A DNA stretch of 64,000 bases. Source: a virus. Lineage: Duplodnaviria; Caudoviricetes. Shown here piece by piece: positions 57,077 to 64,000 of the stretch. Every line of letters starts with the position of its first letter. Position 1 is the stretch's first letter. The stretch spans positions 41,256 to 105,255 of the IMG/VR virus record IMGVR_UViG_3300030330_006019; one strand, 5' to 3'. The translations under genes and the position numbers were made by a program. Under the pieces are notes generated by a model. It had not been told where the DNA came from and searched no databases. It worked only from the letters and a program-made list of their open reading frames with translations.

Positions 57077-59821
57077 TTAGTCAGTAAACGATGCTCCAGT
57101 TGGTAAAATGTTGAAGTCAACTACTATAAATTCTGCTGCTTTTGCAGGTTGAATAAATATTTCACCTTTCATGATATTTCTATCAATCATATCTGGAGTA
57201 TTGTTTGTTTCGTCCATTACAACTCTAAATGCAAATAGTCCTTGATTTTGTTGTACACTTTCTAAATATGGATTCACAGTACTTAGGAATCTATTTCTAG
57301 TTGCTGTTGTGTTATTTTCAAATACTAAGAACCTAGCAGTTGACGCAATGAATTTCTTCAAATTAATTAATAATCTTCTTACATTTACTCTGTCAAGAGC
57401 AGATGCTTTAACCTGTAATGTTTTTTGTCCAAACACAGTTACACCTTGTCCTGGGAATGATGCAATTGGGTTAACTCTTCCATCATATAGTTCATCTCTA
57501 TCTGCATGTGTTAATCTGTTGTATACATCTGTTACAGTTGATAAACCACCTCTGTTAAGTCCTGCAGGAGCAAACCATTCGTGAGCAACTTTGTCGTTGA
57601 ATGAATATACACCAGGTAATACTACTGATGGTGGTACAAACTTAAATTGGTTTGTAGATGCATCTCGTATCTTAACCCATGGATAATATGTTGCAGCATA
57701 ACTAGTATCATAGTTTTCAACTTCACCAGTTATTGTAGAAATAGTATCAGTAACTGCACCTGCATCCATGATATAGAAACAATCACTTCTTTGTTCTGCA
57801 ATATCAATTGCTTGTTGAGCAGTTGAAGCGTGTAATCTAGAAATAACACCAGGAGTTACAAGCATATTAATATCAAATTCATCTTGGTTACTAATTGCTT
57901 TTAATGCTTTCTTGTATGATTTAGCACCTGTGTCTGTAGCAGATGTTAAATTAAATCCAAAAGTATTTCCAGCAGTTATATCTTCACCTGCATTTTTCTT
58001 AATACCTGGATTCATACCATTAAATCCTTCTTGGAATGGTAGTGTGAACTTTCTTGCATTAAGTGGTGAAGTAGAACCTGATAATGATAAGCTTGCAGCA
58101 GTTGAATGACTAATGTGAGAGAAATTAGCAGCAAGGTTAAATATTACATTGTTACCATTTCCTGCATTTTTATCAATTGCATGTAAGTAATTGATATTGT
58201 CATTTGCTGTTAAAATATTATCATAATTAAATCCATAGTGAACATATGTTTGATAATTTCCATTTTCATCAGTTTGTTCAGTTTTTAGTGATGCAGTTGG
58301 ACATGTTCCAAATGCTGATGGTGTTGGTTCTTTTACTTTAGCAAATCCAAATGGTACTAATGACTTAGCAAGACCACCTTCATTCAATCCAGTAGCTGGT
58401 GCAATATAGCAGTATTGGCTTCTATTTGGATAATCACCAGAAACTGTAATTTTACCTTGACCATCTACAGTTATGTTTTGGTCACCAATTACTCTACTAA
58501 TAAAGTTTGGAGACATTCTATTTAGTGTTAAACCTGCAAAAGATTCAAGGACAACTGGATTTTTATCAGTGTCATTAAAGTCTCTAACTGAAAGTGTAAA
58601 TGTACCATAATCACTATTAGGTACTTCACTTGCAAATTTAACATCTGTAATAGATATTTTGTATGTACGGTTTGTTGAATCACCATGAGCTCTAGTTTTT
58701 ACTTGGAATAAATCAGTAGTATTTGTACCATCGATAAACTGAGAAGTAATCATTGGAGTAGCTGCTTGCTTATATGCCGGGCTAGCATCTGTTCCGCCAT
58801 TACCATAATCAATAGAGCTTGTTACAAATGATACTGATGTTGCAGTTGCAAATGAGCTAGATTGAAATTCTCTAAAGTTAACTAGTAAGTACCCAGACTT
58901 TGCAGACTTAGGTGTTTCATCAAATATATTTTCAATGTATGTATTGTCAGTTGTATTAAATGATGCAGTAATATCTGTTCCACTTGTATCAGCAGAACCA
59001 GATAATCTAAACAGTGTACTTGTTGATGTAGACGTGCCGAATGTTGAAGCATCAAAATTACCTGTCGCATCGTTTGCATTGTTTCCTGGATGGATAACTG
59101 ATACTAATCTTGCACCAGCACCCGCAGCTGTACCACCTTCTAATGTATCAACTTGAGAAGCTGTTGCTGACATTTTAATTCCTAACGTGTTACCACCAGT
59201 ACCTGCAGTTGATGCAGTCATATGAACTGTAAATTGTCCAGCAGCTGATGACGTTTGGAAATTAATACCCATTGTTGTTGAGTTTTCATTTAATTCATTA
59301 ATGAAGTTTTCAAAAGATGCTGATAAAGCCGCATGACTTACGTCTGCACCAGAGATAAAGAATAGTTTTGTTGTATCAGAATCTTCATCAATTGCACCTA
59401 CATCTGTTGTTCCAACAAACTTAAATATTGTACCACCTGAACCAGTAATAAAGAAGTCTGAACCTGAAATACTTCTAAGTGTTAATGACCCGGAAGCAGC
59501 TGCTGCCGCATTTCCTGAATCTGATAATTGTATTCCAAGTGGTGTTAGTGTATAACCACCAACATCTAAAACTCTAACAATTGTTACAGTTCCTGCACTT
59601 TGTAAATATTCTTTAACTGTATAGGGTACATATGACACATCAGTGTCTGTTCCAAACATTCTCTCAAATTCACCGTAATTTGAAATTAGCGTTGGTACGA
59701 AAGCTGGTCCTCGCTCGGTAGGTCCAATTATCGCCGCTCCTATTTCAGATACCCCTTGTGGGACAAATGAGAGGTCCTTTTCTAATGTAAATACACCAGG
59801 ACTAACTATTTTTTCGGCCAT
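57077..59821 (-). CDS. tail sheath protein (T4 gp18-like)
   Basis: SPGVFTLEKD, GPTERGP, YYPW, EWFAPAGLNRG, FGQKT, VNVRRL, FIVVDF. Confidence 0.95.
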   Translation of the reverse strand: MAEKIVSPGVFTLEKDLSFVPQGVSEIGAAIIGPTERGPAFVPTLISNYGEFERMFGTDTDVSYVPYTVKEYLQSAGTVTIVRVLDVGGYTLTPLGIQLSDSGNAAAAASGSLTLRSISGSDFFITGSGGTIFKFVGTTDVGAIDEDSDTTKLFFISGADVSHAALSASFENFINELNENSTTMGINFQTSSAAGQFTVHMTASTAGTGGNTLGIKMSATASQVDTLEGGTAAGAGARLVSVIHPGNNANDATGNFDASTFGTSTSTSTLFRLSGSADTSGTDITASFNTTDNTYIENIFDETPKSAKSGYLLVNFREFQSSSFATATSVSFVTSSIDYGNGGTDASPAYKQAATPMITSQFIDGTNTTDLFQVKTRAHGDSTNRTYKISITDVKFASEVPNSDYGTFTLSVRDFNDTDKNPVVLESFAGLTLNRMSPNFISRVIGDQNITVDGQGKITVSGDYPNRSQYCYIAPATGLNEGGLAKSLVPFGFAKVKEPTPSAFGTCPTASLKTEQTDENGNYQTYVHYGFNYDNILTANDNINYLHAIDKNAGNGNNVIFNLAANFSHISHSTAASLSLSGSTSPLNARKFTLPFQEGFNGMNPGIKKNAGEDITAGNTFGFNLTSATDTGAKSYKKALKAISNQDEFDINMLVTPGVISRLHASTAQQAIDIAEQRSDCFYIMDAGAVTDTISTITGEVENYDTSYAATYYPWVKIRDASTNQFKFVPPSVVLPGVYSFNDKVAHEWFAPAGLNRGGLSTVTDVYNRLTHADRDELYDGRVNPIASFPGQGVTVFGQKTLQVKASALDRVNVRRLLINLKKFIASTARFLVFENNTTATRNRFLSTVNPYLESVQQNQGLFAFRVVMDETNNTPDMIDRNIMKGEIFIQPAKAAEFIVVDFNILPTGASFTD

Positions 59822-59915
59822 CTATTTTCTCCATAAATTAATTTAACTCAACACATTGTTTTTGTGCTAATAATTACATATATAAATATAAACTCAGAAA
59901 CCGAAAGACCTAGTT

Positions 59916-60194
59916 TTACTGCTTTTTTAATGGGTTAAATTCACCAGTCTGTATATCTAGTGAACCTGGACCATACTTTGTATTTAATTCAGCAGCAACT
60001 GTTTGTTCTTCTTTCTTTAGTTCTTTAACATCATTAGTAATAGCAGATTCTCTAATTTGTAAATCAATCTGTTGAGCTCTTACTTTTCCAAGGTTATAAA
60101 CTAATTCTTGGTATCTATTTTGTATATCTTTTAATTTGCTTAACTCATCGTCTGTAAACTTGATATTTGTGACATTTTCAGCGTCTTTTGACAT
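59916..60194 (-). CDS. coiled-coil hypothetical protein
   Basis: 92 aa, KYG.GSLDI.TGEF; strong SD. Confidence 0.75.
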   Translation of the reverse strand: MSKDAENVTNIKFTDDELSKLKDIQNRYQELVYNLGKVRAQQIDLQIRESAITNDVKELKKEEQTVAAELNTKYGPGSLDIQTGEFNPLKKQ

Positions 60195-60261
60195 AACATT
60201 TCTCCTTTTAATATAAATAAGTTAACAATAATAAATATCTAAAACTTTTTCTAAAATATGA

Positions 60262-61182
60262 TTATTTTTTTCCTCTAAGCTTTCTAGAAGAAATTCCTCT
60301 AAGTTCATCTGAAGGTGATGCATTTTCTTCTGGAATTATTGGTCTTCCAACACTATCAGGATTCTCTAATGGGTCACCTCCCATCAATTCAGAAATATTG
60401 CCTGACACTGTTTCGTTTCCAAATGAAACCTTTGCAGTTGTAAATACTTTTTGACTTGATTCTTTAAGTTTTTTCTGTAATGCATCTGGTATAATATATC
60501 CAAACATATTTATTGCAAATGTACTTCTTACAGTTCTATCACCACCTTGAACCAAATCAGTTACTCCATCAAATGAATCTATCCTTGATGAAAACTTAAA
60601 TCTTTCCGGGTCACCCCAATATGAATCACTTGCATATTCAACTGCTTCAATAACTTTATTTATCTGTTCAATAAATTCACACCAAATAATACATTCATAT
60701 GACAAGTTTACATAAGAAGGAACTACAACTTTATGTAATTCTTTTTTAGGCTGTTGGCCAATTAACGCTGAAAAGTTATCATACTTATTTACTTGAGTGT
60801 TTCTATTTTCAAATGTATAATATAAATTATTATTTGCATGGTCAAAATGCCTAGAATAATTTCTATTCTTTTCAATACCTGTTCGTTTATACATAATTAG
60901 TGGAAGTTGAATTCTTCCTTTTTTATCACGATAAAATCCAGATTTTTGTGCAGCCTTCCATCTTTGTGGTGACCCATAAACAACTGGTACAGGTACAACA
61001 TTATCATTACTATCTGTGACTTGTGGCATAATTACATTATCAAAGTAATACTTTATTGTCTCATCTATTTGATACAATCCCATATCAAAATTTTGGACAT
61101 TGTCATCTCTCTTTACTTGACTTGCCCTATCAACAGTTTTTGAAACTGCTTGCTTTGGTATTGGTTTACTTCGCTGTTTCAT
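60262..61182 (-). CDS. tail completion / sheath stabiliser (gp15-like)
   Basis: VPVVYGSPQRW...LPLI, P.YV.L.Y; follows the neck genes. Confidence 0.7.
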   Translation of the reverse strand: MKQRSKPIPKQAVSKTVDRASQVKRDDNVQNFDMGLYQIDETIKYYFDNVIMPQVTDSNDNVVPVPVVYGSPQRWKAAQKSGFYRDKKGRIQLPLIMYKRTGIEKNRNYSRHFDHANNNLYYTFENRNTQVNKYDNFSALIGQQPKKELHKVVVPSYVNLSYECIIWCEFIEQINKVIEAVEYASDSYWGDPERFKFSSRIDSFDGVTDLVQGGDRTVRSTFAINMFGYIIPDALQKKLKESSQKVFTTAKVSFGNETVSGNISELMGGDPLENPDSVGRPIIPEENASPSDELRGISSRKLRGKK

Positions 61183-61184
61183 AT

Positions 61185-61730
61185 TTATATGTTACTAGGT
61201 AAATTAAATTTTTCTGAATACCCAGTGTTTGTTTGTTCTATAGATAATGCTGTTCTTCTTGTTAAATGTGTTTGGCAAATTATTGAAATACTCGAGCCAA
61301 ACCTACTCTCTATGGCTTTACCAACAACATCTTTATTTGTGTCAGGATTTTTTCCAAAAAAGTAATCACTCTCATTTACAGTATCTACTTCCCAGTATGT
61401 TTCATCCCAATTAAATACATCCCCAACCTCTATAACAAGGTCTGCATCACTTTTTAGTATATCTTTTAAGAAATAGTATGTAACTGTTTGGTTTACATCA
61501 AACCCTGCCAATTCATCATCTGTAAATTCAGGGTCTTCTAAATCTATTAAGCATGCTACACGAACTGCTGATAAGTATACTCTCTTTCTTGCTTCACCAT
61601 ATAGGTTAATCTTAGAGTCTGACAATGATGGTTTATAAACATCTATTTTCAAATCTGAAATATCATTTATTATTTCACGATTCAAACTGTTAAATAGTTT
61701 TATGTCTCTTTGTCTTCCAAACAATGCCAT
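61185..61730 (-). CDS. neck/head-closure protein (gp14-like)
   Basis: NLYGEA, VGDV.NW...YWEV; follows gp13. Confidence 0.7.
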   Translation of the reverse strand: MALFGRQRDIKLFNSLNREIINDISDLKIDVYKPSLSDSKINLYGEARKRVYLSAVRVACLIDLEDPEFTDDELAGFDVNQTVTYYFLKDILKSDADLVIEVGDVFNWDETYWEVDTVNESDYFFGKNPDTNKDVVGKAIESRFGSSISIICQTHLTRRTALSIEQTNTGYSEKFNLPSNI

Positions 61731-61735
61731 AATAT

Positions 61736-62878
61736 TTATCCAATATAAATTCCATAAGGGAACTTTTGTAATGCTTCATTTTGGAATTGTGAAATTTCAT
61801 TTTCACGTTCCATCATATTTCTTCTACTAACAGCCTCTAAGTCTTCTCTTAACTGTGTAATTAATATTTCTTTTTCTGCCGATGCTTCACTTCTTAATGT
61901 ATCACCATCTAAACTTACTTCACCTTTAACACTAGGAAGTGAACTATATTTACTACGTATACTTCCTAACAATTCTTTGACCAATGCAAGTGTATACTTT
62001 CTAATCCATTGTTTTCCAGAATCATTTATTTGAGAATATATTAAATTATTGTATGGTATATTAGAAAAATCACTAATTTCAGATAAACCTAAAGAACCTG
62101 AAACTGGATTTCTATCCTCCTTCAATATATAGTGAAAGTGTAGTTTGAATGTTGAACCAGGTACTGGAAATATTCTTAACTTATTATTTATTAATTCAAA
62201 TGAATATGCCGACTTTCTAATACGGTCATTAAACTCAATGGCTTGTACTCTAAGAAGGTCATCATACATAGGTAAAAGTAAATAGTTAACTGCTGGTGAC
62301 ATATCACCCCAACTAAATGAATCCAATAATTGTTGGCTTCCCATTCCTGTACCAATATACGGGTCAAAGTATTTTGCAATTGCCGGTGAGCCTTGATAAA
62401 ATACTCTCTTAATTTCCATTGCTTTGCCACTATGTGAAACTTCTGAATATGCATCTAAGTCATAAACTTGTTGGCTTTGCGTAACATCTATCGAACCTGA
62501 CCTCCAATCTATTGTTCCACCTACACCAACTTCTGAACCATACTGCTCAGAAATTCTAACAATATTATCTGCTGTTGGTTTTATATTTCTTTGTGATAGA
62601 TTTGAACCAGTGTCTTGACCTTGCATAACAAATAAATTATTTTTAATGTTCATATAATTTACTTGTGCACCATACTCGGTTACAGCTTCTTCAAAGCATG
62701 CATAAAAATTTTCCGCCTGTAATTCAACATCAACAATAGGGTAACCTAATCTCTTAGCGCACCATGCGGCTGTGTTATCTGCCGAGGCTGTAAATTCAAG
62801 GTCTGTATCGTACAATCCAAATGGAGTATTTCCAGATGAAAATGATGATGAGCCAGGCCATATCTGGGCTGTAGCCAT
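61736..62878 (-). CDS. neck protein (gp13-like)
   Basis: RLGYPIVDVEL, WIRKYTLAL.KELLG.IRSKY, LDG, YIG end. Confidence 0.85.
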   Translation of the reverse strand: MATAQIWPGSSSFSSGNTPFGLYDTDLEFTASADNTAAWCAKRLGYPIVDVELQAENFYACFEEAVTEYGAQVNYMNIKNNLFVMQGQDTGSNLSQRNIKPTADNIVRISEQYGSEVGVGGTIDWRSGSIDVTQSQQVYDLDAYSEVSHSGKAMEIKRVFYQGSPAIAKYFDPYIGTGMGSQQLLDSFSWGDMSPAVNYLLLPMYDDLLRVQAIEFNDRIRKSAYSFELINNKLRIFPVPGSTFKLHFHYILKEDRNPVSGSLGLSEISDFSNIPYNNLIYSQINDSGKQWIRKYTLALVKELLGSIRSKYSSLPSVKGEVSLDGDTLRSEASAEKEILITQLREDLEAVSRRNMMERENEISQFQNEALQKFPYGIYIG

Positions 62879-62925
62879 ACTAATCTCCTTTACCTATATA
62901 AATAAATATCAAATATAAATATCAA

Positions 62926-63597
62926 TCATGCTTGTTTATATGATTTATATACTGATAATATGTCTGTTAGAATTGGATGTCTATGGTTTTCTAGTAGTTC
63001 TATTGTATGTAAACCTTTTACTGTATCTATCTTTTTTAGAAAACTTAGTCCACTATCACCATTTCGTTTTAAGTCAACTTGGTCGGTATCTCCACAAAAC
63101 ATCATTCTACTATTTATACCTATTCTTTGAAGTATCATTAATGTTTGTTCATGGTCAAGGTTTTGGCACTCATCAACAATTACACATGAATCTAAAAATG
63201 TTCTACCTCTCATATAACTAACAGGTACTATTTCTATTTGACCTTTACTTATCATTTGCTCAACTCTTTCTTTACGAAGTAGTTGGTACATGTTTCCATA
63301 TATTGGTGCAACCCAAGGACTCATCTTTTCTTCCATGTTTCCTGGAAGGTGTCCTAAGTCTTCTTTAGAAATGGTGGGTCTAGTAATAATTATTTTTTTC
63401 TTTGATTTACTCAACACTTCGTGTAATGCAATTTGACATGCCAATAGAGTTTTACCTGACCCAGCCTTTCCAAGTATTACGGAAATTGTATTTTCAATTA
63501 TTTCAGACTTAGCTAGTTTTTGTTCATCATTTAATGATAAAAGAAATCTATATCCTTTCTTATTGTTTTTTTGACCATTCGTAAATTTTACGCTCAT
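62926..63597 (-). CDS. phoH: PhoH family ATPase
   Basis: GKAGSGKT, ITRP, LGHLPG, YMRGRTF, VDECQN, GD..Q.D, HRH. Confidence 0.95.
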   Translation of the reverse strand: MSVKFTNGQKNNKKGYRFLLSLNDEQKLAKSEIIENTISVILGKAGSGKTLLACQIALHEVLSKSKKKIIITRPTISKEDLGHLPGNMEEKMSPWVAPIYGNMYQLLRKERVEQMISKGQIEIVPVSYMRGRTFLDSCVIVDECQNLDHEQTLMILQRIGINSRMMFCGDTDQVDLKRNGDSGLSFLKKIDTVKGLHTIELLENHRHPILTDILSVYKSYKQA

Positions 63598-63613
63598 AAC
63601 AATCTCCTTTACA

Positions 63614-63624
63614 ATAAATATCAA
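63614..63624 (-). promoter_or_regulatory. class B (late-type) motif TTGATATTTAT
   Basis: Recurs (full motif or ATATTTAT core) at about 62915, 62902, 60231, 59882, 57053, 56476, 55230, 43468, 40987, 35600, 21355 and 16201, mostly upstream of structural genes. Confidence 0.7.
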
Positions 63625-63630
63625 TTAAAA

Positions 63631-63658
63631 CAAAAAGGCCCTCAAAAAAGAGGGCCCT
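63631..63658 (-). terminator. rho-independent terminator after the major capsid gene
   Basis: GGCCCTC-TTTTTT-GAGGGCC hairpin followed by TTTTTG. Confidence 0.88.
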
Positions 63659-63683
63659 TAAGCAATATTAAAAAATCAAACTA

Positions 63684-64000
63684 TTAAAGTTTATTCAAAT
63701 CTTTAACATGGATTTTTCCGTAGAATTCTGGTCTCACGATTTTCTTAGCGTATCGAGTCATTACACCTTTTCTTGGCGTAAAGTTTTGTGGGTCGTACAC
63801 TAATGGAGTCATGATTAATGGAATATACGGAGCATAAACAGCACCAGTTTCAAGGAATTGAGTTCCTCTAAATCCTAACAAGATTGTATTCTCAGTCATG
63901 TAAGGGTTTTTGTAAACTGTATATCTGTTGTTTAATGCACCTACTTTTTGTACACCCATTGCGAATCCAGTTTTACCAAGTGCAGTACCATCAGTATCAG
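63684..64000 (-). CDS. major capsid protein (T4 gp23-like), C-terminal part
   Basis: G.LNNRYTVYKNPY...G..YAPYIPL...DPQNFTPRKGVMTRY. Confidence 0.93.
   Translation of the reverse strand, partial: DTDGTALGKTGFAMGVQKVGALNNRYTVYKNPYMTENTILLGFRGTQFLETGAVYAPYIPLIMTPLVYDPQNFTPRKGVMTRYAKKIVRPEFYGKIHVKDLNKL

Noticed and set aside
5-63221. All plus-strand ORFs in the track (for example 19344-19907, 52730-53518, 38148-38357)
   Set aside because: They are antisense shadows of well-supported minus-strand genes or of the candidate RNA, with no motifs or SD sites.
1-64000. Alternative genetic code, introns or inteins
   Set aside because: Conserved genes are full length under code 11, use TAA, TAG and TGA stops, and show no insertions in PolB, helicase, RecA or NrdJ.

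Overview
This is a 64 kb fragment of a large, AT-rich, T4-like myovirus genome, probably jumbo-class. Every credible gene lies on the minus strand. In transcription order (right to left) the window holds five blocks. (1) Virion genes: the 3' end of the gp23-like major capsid gene, phoH, neck gp13/gp14, gp15-like tail completion, tail sheath, tail tube, a tail chaperone with a probable programmed frameshift, tape measure and baseplate genes. (2) Replication and recombination: a divergent PolA, Hc1-like histone protein, gp32-like SSB, RecA/UvsX, a ~290 nt candidate structured ncRNA, 5'-3' exonuclease, gp41 helicase, class II RNR and cysteine synthase. (3) A tight operon that looks like a cytosine DNA-hypermodification system: Asp-type thymidylate-synthase homolog (dCMP hydroxymethylase-like), nucleotide hydrolases, HAD phosphatase, sugar nucleotidyltransferase-kinase fusion, T4 beta-glucosyltransferase homolog and an atypical C5 methyltransferase. 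(4) tRNA-His, PolB and groES/groEL. (5) An ~18 kb glycan and sulfation island: APS kinase, HxGH nucleotidyltransferase, sulfotransferase, many glycosyltransferases, GmhA-like SIS-HAD fusion, KdsB, gmd, DegT aminotransferase, NeuB and NeuA. Two recurring intergenic motifs look like two promoter classes. All family assignments come from motif recognition by eye; no database searches were run.
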